Shown piece after piece: positions 1-10,953 of a stretch of 64,000 nt of DNA (its first letter is position 1; every line of letters begins with the position of its first letter). Under the pieces are notes generated by a model. It was not told the DNA's origin. It worked only from the letters and a program-made list of their open reading frames with translations, and did not search any database. The position numbers were made by a program, and so were the translations under genes. The DNA comes from Sulfuricurvum sp. PD_MW2 (lineage in GTDB: Bacteria; Campylobacterota; Campylobacteria; Campylobacterales; Sulfurimonadaceae), in contig NZ_NSIU01000011.1 in the NCBI RefSeq assembly GCF_002633015.1, positions 5,184-69,183 on the forward strand. The letters are read 5' to 3'.

Positions 1-2097
1 ATTATGGGACAAGATAACAAAATCATCCCCCTCAAAACGGAAAACCTTGGCATCTTTATAGTGTTCTTTGAGCTGATTGGCAACCCGTATAAGTATCTCA
101 TTACCCTTGTTCCACGACATTGTTTTATTGTATGTCGTAAAGTTATGAAGACGCAGAACTGTCAAAATCATTTTTGACGTAATTTGGTGCAGCATCAATT
201 CCAAATACGATTCATTATACAATCCGGTAAGATTGTCGTTAAAGAAATAAGAAAATCTCTGTCTTTCCAGATCACTTTGCGGCATTTGGGTTGTTTGCGA
301 AATCACTATATCGATCAAAGCATGATTTGCCGCTTCAACAATTGCAGGATGAAATTGCTTGCCGCTTTGTGCGTTCAGCTCTTTTATGGCATCTTGAACG
401 CTCAAACGCCCTTTATAAATACGATTTGTCGTCATCGCATCAAAAGCATCCGCAACAATCAAAATATGCGATTCGATAGGAATTGCATCTCCTATGAACC
501 CATAGGGGTACCCTCTTCCGTCGTAATGTTCATGATGAAATTTCATGATCTCGGCCAATTCAGCATACATTTTGACTTTGGAGAGCATTTTATACCCTGC
601 AGTGACATGATTTTTAATCAATTCGTACTCAAGAGCATTCAAGCGTCCCGGTTTAAGCAAAATCGTATCCGGAGTGGCAATTTTCCCAATATCGTGCAAA
701 ATAGCCGCTTTTTCGATTTTATGAATCAATGCTTCATCGATTTGCATGTACTTAGCCAATAAGCGTGAATATTTGGCAACGCGAAGCGTATGTCCCGCGG
801 TATAAGCATCCCGTTGCTCAATCATATCAACAAACGCAAGAATGGTCTCCTCGTAATTGGTAATCTGCTCTTTTTGGAGTCTTTCATTCATTTTGCGCTG
901 TTTATATGCACTAAGTGCCATTGCTATGTCGTGAACTACAGTATCTAGAATATTGATCTCTTCCCCATCAAATCCCTCTTCACGATCGGTCCAAAAAGCG
1001 AGGATATCAAAACCTTTCTGCTCTTCATGCTCAATCATCGGAAAAGCAATAGCAGCACTCAAATCATAATCTTCCTGACGGTGATGCTCTCGAAATGGCA
1101 ATACTACCGAACATGGTGTTTCCAAAGACCAATGACGATTAATGATTGTGTTATATATTGCAGTGTAATTACTGTTCTTTTCTAACTCTGCAAGCGAACA
1201 GTGTTCTTGGGTAAAAATTTCATAAATATCCCCAGAAATATAGCGCTGATGAAAAACTTCTCCATCATAATGTCCAAATAAAATAAGTTTGTAGTTCGGA
1301 TGATGTTTGAGAGTTTCTAAGCTTGTTTCAATGATGGAACCCAAAGAATAGGTACTGATCAACGACTCATTTAACTCGGTAATCGTTTCCAAAAGTCGTT
1401 TGAGGTAATGTTCTCGGCTATACAATACATGTACTTCGTGTGTTCGCTGAATTACTTTTTGTTCTAAAGAACTGTTCAATTCCTCAATATGTTCTTTGTT
1501 TTTAAAAATCTTATGTATAAAATAAAGGAGCAATCCAAGCCCCAATACATAACCACCTATCACCATGATATAAGATATACGAAACTGATTTTGAATCGTT
1601 TCCAAACTCGCTTGATAATGTTTCAGAGGAAGTGTGATTTCGATACCTCCACGCATTTCCCCAACAGTAAAATTCGTATGGCACTCCACACATCGAGGCT
1701 TGGTGTAGAGGACTCCGACAAAATCAAATCGCTTGTTATCCTCTGAAAAACGGTGATACAATGTCTCTTTAGGATGATCTTTCAAATACATTAAGGCATC
1801 TTTAGCAAACCCTTGCGCACGGTTATGTTCATTTTTCGGCTTTAAACTGTAAATATTAAAATGGTAATCGTCATTATCGACCCCCTCTTTAAACACTCCT
1901 CCGAATTTATTATGCCAAATCTGTAACTCTTTGATGGTTCTGTAATGCGCGGTAGCTTCTTGCACTAAAAGTTCTTGTGTCTGAGCAATTTGCACTTTTT
2001 TAGCATTTTTCAGAATTCCAAGTATCATGATCAGACCAATCATACTGATAAAAATGGTAAAAAATATGACTATTTTTCGCTCTTTCGTTTTAAACAT
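1..2097 (-). CDS. Membrane signalling protein: DUF3365-like c-type heme sensor, probable GAF region, HD-GYP and degenerate GGDEF (runs off the left edge)
   Basis: Not in the ORF track; translated by hand in segments. ATG at 2097 after GAGG, MFKTKERKIVIFFTIFISMIGLIM (TM), SLKPKNEHN, CVECH at 1678-1692, LHDIGK, HHEHYDGRGYPYG, NLTGLYN...RFEGDDF. All segments read are in one frame with no stop. Confidence 0.85.
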   Translation of the reverse strand, partial: MFKTKERKIVIFFTIFISMIGLIMILGILKNAKKVQIAQTQELLVQEATAHYRTIKELQIWHNKFGGVFKEGVDNDDYHFNIYSLKPKNEHNRAQGFAKDALMYLKDHPKETLYHRFSEDNKRFDFVGVLYTKPRCVECHTNFTVGEMRGGIEITLPLKHYQASLETIQNQFRISYIMVIGGYVLGLGLLLYFIHKIFKNKEHIEELNSSLEQKVIQRTHEVHVLYSREHYLKRLLETITELNESLISTYSLGSIIETSLETLKHHPNYKLILFGHYDGEVFHQRYISGDIYEIFTQEHCSLAELEKNSNYTAIYNTIINRHWSLETPCSVVLPFREHHRQEDYDLSAAIAFPMIEHEEQKGFDILAFWTDREEGFDGEEINILDTVVHDIAMALSAYKQRKMNERLQKEQITNYEETILAFVDMIEQRDAYTAGHTLRVAKYSRLLAKYMQIDEALIHKIEKAAILHDIGKIATPDTILLKPGRLNALEYELIKNHVTAGYKMLSKVKMYAELAEIMKFHHEHYDGRGYPYGFIGDAIPIESHILIVADAFDAMTTNRIYKGRLSVQDAIKELNAQSGKQFHPAIVEAANHALIDIVISQTTQMPQSDLERQRFSYFFNDNLTGLYNESYLELMLHQITSKMILTVLRLHNFTTYNKTMSWNKGNEILIRVANQLKEHYKDAKVFRFEGDDFVILSHN

Positions 2098-2116
2098 TTT
2101 CTACCTCTTTATACTT

Positions 2117-4384
2117 TTATTCCGCATGACAAATCCGATTTCTACCGCTATTTTTAGCTTCATAGAGGGCACTATCGATATATTTTATCGTCTCATGGAT
2201 ACCTTGATCTCTGAAAAGCTTCCCAATACCGATACTAATGGTGATCGACTGATCCAATCCGAAGGGATAATGTTCAACACTATAACGCAAATGTTCGGCA
2301 ACGCTATCAGCTTTTCCCATCGGTGTATGCGGAAGAATAATGATAAATTCTTCACCTCCCCATCGCCCGATTACATCAGTTTGACGTAAATTTTCTTGTA
2401 AAATTTGTGCTATCTGCCGTAAAACATGATCCCCGCTTTGATGGCCATATTGATCATTGATCGATTTAAAATAATCGACATCAATAAGTATCACACTGCA
2501 TTCATACGTTGGATACCGATCCACTTTACGCTGCTCTTCCAAAAGTTTTTCATCGGTTTTTTGGCGATTGTAGAGTCCTGTCAATTTATCGGTAATTGAA
2601 AGTTCCAAAAGTTTTATATTGTATCGTCTGAGGATAAAATAACGCCATGTAAACGCAACAATCCCCACCATAATTAGTGCAAAAACTTTCCAAACCAAGG
2701 TATTGTCTATCCATGCCACCTGCTCAATTGCAGAAACCCATTCATTATAGATTTTCTGCTTAGTAGCTTCATCCAGCTGTACGATAAGCTTTTGAAAGAT
2801 ATTGAATAAGTGCGGCTCATCATTGCGTACAGCCACTCTCAACTCATCTTTTTCTTCGAGGCGCGATGAGACTTTTAAACTTCCGGTATACCCTTTTTGT
2901 ATATACGAAGTCGTAACGACAAGGTTATCAATGTATCCATAGAGATGGTTGTTTTCAACTTGTTTCAAGCCATCGCTAATCGAATCGACTTCAACAATCG
3001 TAATATTTGGATAACGTTTTTTGAGCCGACTAATAATCTCATATCCTCTGACAACCCCTATCTTTTTCCCATGCAACTGATCAATACTCTCGATAAATGG
3101 TTTGTCCATTGAGGTGACCAAAACATAGGGTAACTCCAAATACGCTGTCGTAAAATCCATATATTTTAGGCGCTCAGGTGTTTTTGAAGCCATCGATAAA
3201 ATATCGCATGTTCTGTTTTTGGCCAGAATCAAAGAGTCATTCCATGATGATGTCGGAATCAGCTCAATCGGGGTTGCCAGTTTGCTTTCAAAGTTTTGCA
3301 TAATGTCCGAAGCGATACCGATATGTTTTCCATCACGGATCGCTTCGAGCGGATACCACTCAGGATCGACACACATCGTTATTTTTTTCTTAGCGGAGAG
3401 GAAATCTTTTTCGGCTTCGCTCAATTGAAATTTATTTTTTGAGCTTTCAATCACATCGCGAAATAAAAATTGCCCCAACTTTTGGTCTTCTCGTATTGCA
3501 CCTGTACGAAGTAATTGTTTATACAAACGGGTTGTTGTCTCACTATTTGTTTCACCGATGGCATAAAAATCGGTCATCATGAGTTTTTTGATAACCTTTG
3601 ACTCATACGCAAGTGCTTCATACGATTTTTTGACATGATATTTTTGAATCAGAATATCGATGATTTCTCCTGAATGCTCTTTTGCATATTTCCATCCAAG
3701 GTTTGTCGCTTCAATGAATTTTTGAGTACGTTCAGGATGCTTTATTGCCTCTTGTTGCGATGTAAAAAGATTTCCGGCATTCATGACAAAACCATACTCA
3801 ACCGGATCAATAATTTCATACGGAAATCGCATTTGATCGAGTAAATATAATTGATTCGAACGGTATGCGCTCATCGCATCGACTTTGCCGTTCACCAATG
3901 GATCAATACTGAATGTTTGATCTACAAAACGGGAATTTTGAGAAGAAATGTCAAAATGAGAGAGCAAGAGAGAAAGGGTACTGTGTTTAAGCTCGTTTTT
4001 TGTCCCCATAATGGTTTTCCCTACCAAATCAGCGGGGCTATCGATCCCTTTTCGGGTAACGAGTACTAAAGGAGAGTGCTGCAAATAGGTTGCCATCACC
4101 ACAATCGGTTTGATTTTTCCATTATCCACTACAATACTGCTGTTATAAACACCATAATTGGCTTTAGCGTTTAAAACTTCGGATACAACATCAGAGTTTT
4201 GTGTATATTCTCTTAATTCTACATCCAAACCTGCATTGCGGTAGAAGCCCTTTTCTTTAGCAGCTATATATCCAGCATATTCGAATTGATATTTCCAATC
4301 CAATTGAACGGAAACTTTTTCTAATGCAGCTGCGCCAAGAAAAGAGGTTATTAGGGTTAAAAACAAAAAAAACTTTAAAAACAT
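2117..4384 (-). CDS. Diguanylate cyclase with NMT1/THI5-like and family-3 periplasmic solute-binding domains
   Basis: Signal peptide, QLDWKYQFEYAGYIAAKEKGFY (THI5-like), CVDPEWYPLE (SBP3), one TM, DKLTGLYNR...DVDYFKSIND...RWGGEEF. Confidence 0.9.
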   Translation of the reverse strand: MFLKFFLFLTLITSFLGAAALEKVSVQLDWKYQFEYAGYIAAKEKGFYRNAGLDVELREYTQNSDVVSEVLNAKANYGVYNSSIVVDNGKIKPIVVMATYLQHSPLVLVTRKGIDSPADLVGKTIMGTKNELKHSTLSLLLSHFDISSQNSRFVDQTFSIDPLVNGKVDAMSAYRSNQLYLLDQMRFPYEIIDPVEYGFVMNAGNLFTSQQEAIKHPERTQKFIEATNLGWKYAKEHSGEIIDILIQKYHVKKSYEALAYESKVIKKLMMTDFYAIGETNSETTTRLYKQLLRTGAIREDQKLGQFLFRDVIESSKNKFQLSEAEKDFLSAKKKITMCVDPEWYPLEAIRDGKHIGIASDIMQNFESKLATPIELIPTSSWNDSLILAKNRTCDILSMASKTPERLKYMDFTTAYLELPYVLVTSMDKPFIESIDQLHGKKIGVVRGYEIISRLKKRYPNITIVEVDSISDGLKQVENNHLYGYIDNLVVTTSYIQKGYTGSLKVSSRLEEKDELRVAVRNDEPHLFNIFQKLIVQLDEATKQKIYNEWVSAIEQVAWIDNTLVWKVFALIMVGIVAFTWRYFILRRYNIKLLELSITDKLTGLYNRQKTDEKLLEEQRKVDRYPTYECSVILIDVDYFKSINDQYGHQSGDHVLRQIAQILQENLRQTDVIGRWGGEEFIIILPHTPMGKADSVAEHLRYSVEHYPFGLDQSITISIGIGKLFRDQGIHETIKYIDSALYEAKNSGRNRICHAE

Positions 4385-4461
4385 ACATCACTAACTTTAT
4401 AAGATTGTGATATATTCTACAGCGTATAAGATAAAATATTTCCTTATTTTAAAAAAAATAA

Positions 4462-5736
4462 TTAATGTTGTCGATTATTATTTTTACGATGCGATTCGGA
4501 TCGAGGTCGGCTGCTTTTCTGAACCGGTTTGTTTCCCCCGTTTCCTCCACTACGATTGGCTCCACCACGACCTCTTTGAATCGGTTCCGGTTTGATCGAC
4601 AGGTCCGGTTCATACCCTTCGATAATACGGCTATCGAGCTTTTTGTTGATCAATTTTTCAATCCCTTTTAGGTATTCGGCCTCATCAACACATACCAAAG
4701 AGAGAGCTTCTCCCTCACATCCGGCACGCCCAGTACGACCGATACGGTGTACGTAATCTTCAGCAATATTGGGAAGCTCAAAATTCACGACATGCGGCAA
4801 TGCGTCGATATCGATACCGCGCGCCGCAATATCGGTTGCGACCAAAACACGTACAGAACTTTTTTTAAAATCATCAAGCGCTTTCATTCGGGCACTTTGG
4901 CTTTTATTTCCGTGAATCGCTGCCGCTGTGATTCCGATTTTTTGAAAATACTCGCTCAGTTTATTCGCTCCATGTTTGGTGCGGGTAAAAACAAGAACCT
5001 GTTCCCACTTATTTTTGTTGATCAATTCACCCAACAAAGCACTTTTCCGCTTGCAATCAACCAAAATGACACTTTGTTTCACCAATTCACTGGAAGTATT
5101 TCGGCGTGCTACTTCAACTTCGGCAGGATTTCGAAGCAAGGTATTTGCGAGGGTTTTGATATCGTCCGAATAGGTAGCCGAAAACATCAAGTTTTGACGT
5201 ACTTTCGGCAAAATATTGATCACCCGACGAATATCGCGTATAAATCCCATATCAAGCATCCGATCGGCTTCATCCAAAACAAATATTTCAACACTGCTAA
5301 GATCAATCGTCCCCTGCCCCACATGGTCCAATAATCGTCCCGGAGTAGCAACCAAAATATCAACACCGGCTTTTAATGTCGTAATTTGAGGATTTATACC
5401 AACACCCCCGAAAATTACGGCACTTTTTAGAGGAAGATGTTTTCCGTAAATTTTTACACTCTCCCCCACTTGTGCCGCTAACTCACGCGTTGGAGTCAAA
5501 ATAAGCGCTCTGATTTTACGGTGTGTTTTTGCATTTTTTTTGTGACTCAAAATATGCAATAAAGGGAGAGTAAAACCGGCTGTTTTACCGGTTCCGGTTT
5601 GTGCACCGGCGAGCATGTCACGTCCTTCCAAAATAAAAGGGATCGCTTGGGCTTGAACCGGTGTTGGGCTTGTATAGCCTTGATCTTTGATTGCTTTTAG
5701 CAATAACTCATTGAGGTTTAAATCGGAAAATGTCAT
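4462..5736 (-). CDS. rhlE: DEAD-box RNA helicase (RhlE-like)
   Basis: [21 protein letters not shown] and HRIGRTGR motifs; basic Gly/Arg-rich tail. Confidence 0.9.
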   Translation of the reverse strand: MTFSDLNLNELLLKAIKDQGYTSPTPVQAQAIPFILEGRDMLAGAQTGTGKTAGFTLPLLHILSHKKNAKTHRKIRALILTPTRELAAQVGESVKIYGKHLPLKSAVIFGGVGINPQITTLKAGVDILVATPGRLLDHVGQGTIDLSSVEIFVLDEADRMLDMGFIRDIRRVINILPKVRQNLMFSATYSDDIKTLANTLLRNPAEVEVARRNTSSELVKQSVILVDCKRKSALLGELINKNKWEQVLVFTRTKHGANKLSEYFQKIGITAAAIHGNKSQSARMKALDDFKKSSVRVLVATDIAARGIDIDALPHVVNFELPNIAEDYVHRIGRTGRAGCEGEALSLVCVDEAEYLKGIEKLINKKLDSRIIEGYEPDLSIKPEPIQRGRGGANRSGGNGGNKPVQKSSRPRSESHRKNNNRQH

Positions 5737-5881
5737 AAAAGGAGATCCTTTGGTGGTTTAGCCCAACCAAAGTCTCAACTGTGGACGGTTTTAGGCAAGA
5801 GGAAACATAAAATAGAAAGTGCAGTTAAAGGCAAGTTCACGCTCACACCAACCGTAGGCATGAATCAATCTCACCATTGTA
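5737..5881 (-). promoter_or_regulatory. Putative -10 box and long structured 5' leader of the helicase
   Basis: TACAAT at 5876-5881; overlapping inverted repeats at 5748-5772 and 5738-5751 cover the AAAGGA SD. Confidence 0.4.
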
Positions 5882-5890
5882 GCGTACTAA

Positions 5891-7186
5891 CTAAAAATTT
5901 GATTGATGATAATTGATTACACAATTACGCCCGTTTTTCTTGGCACGGTATAACGCTTCATCAGAACGTTTCATAACCTCTTTGTAATCATCCTCTTGTA
6001 AATCAAACATTGCGATCCCGAAACTGCAGGTCTTTCGATCGACAATATGAAATGAATGAGCTTCGATGGTATCTCTTATTTTCTCTGCCACAATAGCGGC
6101 TTCCGCATCCGTTGTATGAGGACAAATGATTAAAAATTCTTCACCACCCCATCGTCCCAATATATCGGTTTCTCGAATATTAGCCGATAACGTCTTAGCA
6201 ATCTCGATCAAAACACTATCTCCGATGTCATGTCCAAAGGTATCGTTGACCTCTTTGAAATGGTCAATATCCAACATAATGACCGTAAACGTATATCCGT
6301 AACGTTTGGAGCGTTTTATCTCTGCTCTAAAACTATTTTCCATAAACATACGATTATGCAATTGCGTCAACTGATCCGTTACGGAGAGCTCTTCAACCCG
6401 TTTTTTATTCGTTATGTTATGGCTAATAGCCGTATACCCTGTGCGATTTCCAAAATCATCCACGATCGGATAGATCATCGTATCAAGCCAATAGTACAAC
6501 CCGTGTTTGCTTCTATTTTTTAGCTCTCCATGCCATGTATCGCCATGAGTGATGGTATCCCAGAGTTTTACGAACAAAGGAGGTTTCATATCGGGATGGC
6601 GAACGATACGGTGATTTTTCCCAATCAAATACTCTTTTTTATACCCTGAAATTTTGCAAAAGGCTTCTGAGACTTCGGTGATTTTTCCCTCTAAATCTGT
6701 ACTGGACATAATAATATTTTTATCGATCAATGCCATTTGATTTTCAACCGTTTTTGCGTACTGCTGACTTTTTTCGAGGGCACGATTCAGTGCATTTTTT
6801 AAATTATAGATTTGCAGCGTATTTTTAATACGGGCAATCAACTCCTCTTTTTGAAAAGGTTTCGTAACAAAATCGACCGCTCCGAGTCCAAATCCCTGAA
6901 CGATACTCTCATTATCATGTTTTGCCGTCAAAAATATAATCGGTATTTGGAGAGTTTCAGGAGCCTCTTTAAGCTGTTTGGCAACTTCAAAGCCATTCAT
7001 ACCAGGCATAACGATATCAAGTAAAATCAGATCAGGTTTGGGGTCCAATGAGACGATTTGCAAAACTTTTTCACCATTGGTAGCTACCAGAAGATCATAT
7101 TCCGGACTTAAAATCTCAGCAACGATAGAGATATTTAAACGCTCGTCATCGACGATTAATATTTTGGGTCTGCTATTGTATTTCAT
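5891..7186 (-). CDS. REC-PAS-GGDEF diguanylate cyclase response regulator
   Basis: ILIVDDE, LDIVMPGMNG, PAS (HRIVRHPDM...WHGELKN), RWGGEEF. Confidence 0.92.
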   Translation of the reverse strand: MKYNSRPKILIVDDERLNISIVAEILSPEYDLLVATNGEKVLQIVSLDPKPDLILLDIVMPGMNGFEVAKQLKEAPETLQIPIIFLTAKHDNESIVQGFGLGAVDFVTKPFQKEELIARIKNTLQIYNLKNALNRALEKSQQYAKTVENQMALIDKNIIMSSTDLEGKITEVSEAFCKISGYKKEYLIGKNHRIVRHPDMKPPLFVKLWDTITHGDTWHGELKNRSKHGLYYWLDTMIYPIVDDFGNRTGYTAISHNITNKKRVEELSVTDQLTQLHNRMFMENSFRAEIKRSKRYGYTFTVIMLDIDHFKEVNDTFGHDIGDSVLIEIAKTLSANIRETDILGRWGGEEFLIICPHTTDAEAAIVAEKIRDTIEAHSFHIVDRKTCSFGIAMFDLQEDDYKEVMKRSDEALYRAKKNGRNCVINYHQSNF

Positions 7187-10104
7187 GGTAAACCTATCAT
7201 ATTTTTTAGAAGTGGCAAGGCTTCATCGTATTCATACGCATACAAATACTCGATTGTCCGTTCGCGTACGTCATCATCCACACAATATTTCAACATTTTG
7301 TTGAGTAATTCTACTCTTGCGGGAGCTATTATTTTTGATTGAACCAAATCGTCGATAAGCTCTCTTATATACGTTTCTAACGCTTCTCTCGTATAGACTT
7401 CACTTTGAATTATTTCATCGTCTTCGCTGTAAAAATTCCGAATATTCTGAACCATTTCAACCGATGCTATAACGAGTTTATGGGTAATATCTTTGATCTG
7501 ATCCGGATCATTGGATACTTCAAGCGCACTTGCCAATGGATAAATTTCTTTCATCGAGAGATTACCGCTGATTCCTTTAAGCGTATGAACCAGATTTTTA
7601 AATGTTTCATCCCCAATTTTTAAAGAGTCTATTTTGGATTCTATATTTTCATATTCACTGCAAAAATAGAGCATATAGCGCTTTATCTTTTCGGTGTCAT
7701 TTCCGATACGGTCTATCAATTCTGCCATATCGATCCCCTCGATCTCACCTTCAAATTGACTCTTGGTAATTGGGTTTTCTACCGTTTTTGTTGGTAAACT
7801 ATCCGTTTTAGGAGAAATCCATTGCACCAGCGCTTTGAACAACTCATTTTTATTGATCGGTTTGCTCAAATGGGCATTCATACCCACTTCTGAGGTAAGT
7901 TCTCTGTCTTTTTGCATCACAGCGGCACTCAAGGCTATAATCGGAGTATCAATATTATTGGCAAGCTTTCGTATCACTCGTGTCGCTTCAAATCCATCCA
8001 ATAGAGGCATTTGTATATCCATCAAAATCAAACTGTAATCCTTTGATGAAGCATATTCAACAGCTTTTTGCCCATTCTCAGCGATCTCTACAACCATCCC
8101 CAATTCCTCTAATAACTCAACAACGACAAGCTGATTAATTTTATTATCTTCCGCCAATAAAATTCGGGAACCTTTGATAGCATTGAGCTTCTGAGGATCA
8201 ACCGCAATTTCTTCGCTTTGCATTGCAGGTGTAAATGATTTCATTTTTCCAAATTCAGTAGTAAAGAAAAATCGGCTCCCTCGGTTCGGCTCACTTTCAA
8301 CCCATATATCGCCGCCCATCATAGTGACCAACTGTTTGGATATCGCCAAACCTAACCCCGTTCCCCCAAATTGTCGTGTAATGGAGGTATCAGCTTGTGA
8401 AAATTCCTGAAATATTTTCATTTTGGCTTTTTCATTCATCCCTATGCCGGTATCTTCTATACAAAATTGCAAATAGACATTATTCTCATCTTCACTGGTC
8501 ATCATGACATGGATAAAAATTGATCCTGTTTCTGTAAATTTGATTGCATTCCCCACAAGATTTGTCAATATTTGGGTCAATCGCAACGCATCCCCGATCA
8601 TAATACTCTCTAATAAACTAACATCGAGCCGCAGTGTCAACCCTTTTTGTACGGCTTGAAATTCAAAAAGACTCATGATATTGTTCAAAACACTTTTGAC
8701 GTCAAAAGGTTTGTTTTCCAAAACAAATTTGCCGGCTTCAATTTTCGAATAATCCAAAATATCGTTGATCACATCAAGTAATGCATGGGAGGATATATTC
8801 GATTTTTCGAGAAAATCCCGCTGTTTCGCTTCTAACTCTGTTTTCAATACCAATTCAGTGAGACCGATAATCCCATTGAGCGGTGTTCGTATTTCATGAG
8901 ACATATTGGCCAAAAAGTCCGACTTGGCTTTTGCGGCGGCTTCTGCTTCCTCTTTTGCTTTTTCAAGGGCCAATTGATGCTCTTTTTGCTCGGTTATGTC
9001 GATCCCTATCGTAGTGACATACTGCATTTGCCCATTTTCATCGTTCACCAAGGCATTGGACCATTCAAACATCCTCTCAACACCCTCTTTGGAGATCCAG
9101 GCATTTTGAAAGCTTTCCGTGATATTTCCATCACGTGCATTGCTAATAATGCCCGTAACTTTGTCTTGCATATGCGGTTGCAAAAAACGTGACCAAAAAT
9201 AGGGTTCTGAAGCAATCTTTTCTTGGGTATAGCCGCAAAAACGCTCTCCATAGGGATTGATATTAATCATCACCCCATCACGATCAATGACGGCAATAAT
9301 CGCATTGGCACTTTCAATAAACGTCCGATTGATATTTTTTGCAAATCTCAATTTGTCTTCCAGTTCTTTGCGTTGCAAAATATCTTCTTGTAGCGTCTCA
9401 ACCATCTCATGTAACTTTGCATTACGCTCTTCGATCTTCTGCTGCATGAGCGCGAACGTATCGGAGAGTATCGAAATCTCATCACCGCGAATAATGTTAT
9501 CTTCAACCGTTGAATCATCCCCATTGGCAATCTGTTTTGCGTACTGCGTCAATTGATTCAGGGTATTGGTCAAGCGCTGACCGATAAAATACGCAAAAAA
9601 GGAACTAATCGTGATTTCAATCATGATCAACAAAAAAGTGAGTTTTCTATTATCCTCAACGATTTTTAAACTCTCTGTCAATTCAAATAAAATCTTTGCA
9701 TACCCGATCTCTTCACCTTTGATGACAATCGGAACATTTTTTAGTCTAAACGTCCTCTCATCTTTCATCACATCATGAGAAAAGATCGTAAAATCATCAA
9801 TATCCAATGTCGGATCTATACTGGCACGACTGACAAGACGTCCATCTTTGTCAAATACTTTGACTGCGGCAATATTTTTGAGCTGAACAAAACTTTTAGA
9901 TTGATCGTCCAAAGTCGCTAAATCAAATACGATAAGGGGAGTTTTTACCATCTCGGTGAACAGTGTCGTTCCGGTCTCGATTTTCTCTTCGATAAGAGAA
10001 TGGGATAATTTAGAAAGTGATGTAAAATTAAAAAAGACGATCAGTGAGATAAAAATAACTTCAATCGTTAAAAAAGAGAGAATAAAACGATAACGAAACG
10101 ACAA
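7183..10104 (-). CDS. Hybrid sensor histidine kinase (TM-HAMP-PAS-HisKA-HATPase-REC-Hpt)
   Basis: FLANMSHEIRTPL, NLVGNAIKFT, DTGIG, GGTGLGL, LAEDN...DIQMP, HTLKG. Confidence 0.92.
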   Translation of the reverse strand: MSFRYRFILSFLTIEVIFISLIVFFNFTSLSKLSHSLIEEKIETGTTLFTEMVKTPLIVFDLATLDDQSKSFVQLKNIAAVKVFDKDGRLVSRASIDPTLDIDDFTIFSHDVMKDERTFRLKNVPIVIKGEEIGYAKILFELTESLKIVEDNRKLTFLLIMIEITISSFFAYFIGQRLTNTLNQLTQYAKQIANGDDSTVEDNIIRGDEISILSDTFALMQQKIEERNAKLHEMVETLQEDILQRKELEDKLRFAKNINRTFIESANAIIAVIDRDGVMININPYGERFCGYTQEKIASEPYFWSRFLQPHMQDKVTGIISNARDGNITESFQNAWISKEGVERMFEWSNALVNDENGQMQYVTTIGIDITEQKEHQLALEKAKEEAEAAAKAKSDFLANMSHEIRTPLNGIIGLTELVLKTELEAKQRDFLEKSNISSHALLDVINDILDYSKIEAGKFVLENKPFDVKSVLNNIMSLFEFQAVQKGLTLRLDVSLLESIMIGDALRLTQILTNLVGNAIKFTETGSIFIHVMMTSEDENNVYLQFCIEDTGIGMNEKAKMKIFQEFSQADTSITRQFGGTGLGLAISKQLVTMMGGDIWVESEPNRGSRFFFTTEFGKMKSFTPAMQSEEIAVDPQKLNAIKGSRILLAEDNKINQLVVVELLEELGMVVEIAENGQKAVEYASSKDYSLILMDIQMPLLDGFEATRVIRKLANNIDTPIIALSAAVMQKDRELTSEVGMNAHLSKPINKNELFKALVQWISPKTDSLPTKTVENPITKSQFEGEIEGIDMAELIDRIGNDTEKIKRYMLYFCSEYENIESKIDSLKIGDETFKNLVHTLKGISGNLSMKEIYPLASALEVSNDPDQIKDITHKLVIASVEMVQNIRNFYSEDDEIIQSEVYTREALETYIRELIDDLVQSKIIAPARVELLNKMLKYCVDDDVRERTIEYLYAYEYDEALPLLKNMIGLP

Positions 10105-10113
10105 ACGGATTCC

Positions 10114-10923
10114 TTACTCTTTTATTGAAGGAAAAGCCGCTGCAATATCACGGACTCCATCATACTCGCTATCTTCGGTTGCTATAAGGTGCTTCATGCT
10201 CAAAGCTACCAGCAACGATTCCGGAGCAGCCAAAATCGCATTGGTCATTTTCTCTTTCAATGCTGATGAAAGTGCCGGATTGGCTGCAAAGGGATGACTT
10301 GGATACCCTTTGGTTTTATAAATGATCGAGAGAGCTTCTTTGGTTTCAATATCATCCAGACTTTTAAACGTTCGCTCGATGCCGCCGCCGACATCTCCGA
10401 CACCTCGAGCGACCCCTTTATAAACCGAATCATGTGAATTGACATAACGGTAATTTTTGTCTTTATTAATATCAATCCCGTATTTTTTTAGCAACTCATA
10501 TTTCGTCAGCAACGTCGCCGCAAAAGCATCAGGTGCAGGAAACAAAAATATTTTCCCTTTGAGCATAGAAGGGTCGGTAAGACCACTGTTTTTGGGGGTG
10601 ACTAAAATACCGACCGTATTTTTTTCATCACGAACGATTGCACTATACCCTTGACGCTTATGTGCTACAACATAATGGTAGGGATTCATATAAGCGAAAT
10701 CATACCCGCCGCTATAAAGCACTTTTTCAAATTCGGGAATAGAACGCTCAACTCTAAGGACGATTTTTTCACCCGTTGCTTTCTCAAGATACGAAATGAT
10801 CGGTTGCCAATCTTTGATCAACTCCATAGGAGATTGTTGAGGAACGATCCCGAAGGTCAAAACCTTTGCATTCAGTGATCCGATAAAAAAAATAGTAATA
10901 AATAAAATCATAAAAAAACGCAT
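10114..10923 (-). CDS. PhnD-like periplasmic solute-binding protein, probable sensor partner of the downstream kinase
   Basis: Signal peptide, TFGIVPQQS, DFAYMNPYHYV, NSHDSV...GDVGGG; no ABC permease or ATPase adjacent. Confidence 0.75.
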   Translation of the reverse strand: MRFFMILFITIFFIGSLNAKVLTFGIVPQQSPMELIKDWQPIISYLEKATGEKIVLRVERSIPEFEKVLYSGGYDFAYMNPYHYVVAHKRQGYSAIVRDEKNTVGILVTPKNSGLTDPSMLKGKIFLFPAPDAFAATLLTKYELLKKYGIDINKDKNYRYVNSHDSVYKGVARGVGDVGGGIERTFKSLDDIETKEALSIIYKTKGYPSHPFAANPALSSALKEKMTNAILAAPESLLVALSMKHLIATEDSEYDGVRDIAAAFPSIKE

Positions 10924-10953
10924 TATGTTTCCTTATAAATAACCTTAATAATC

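Noticed and set aside
184-762. Long plus-strand ORF, and similar ones such as 4747-5334, 37556-38332 and 38289-38909
   Set aside because: Antisense shadows of well-supported minus-strand genes, with no protein motifs or SD.
10114-10923. Phosphonate uptake system (phnD)
   Set aside because: No phnC/phnE or C-P lyase genes in the window.
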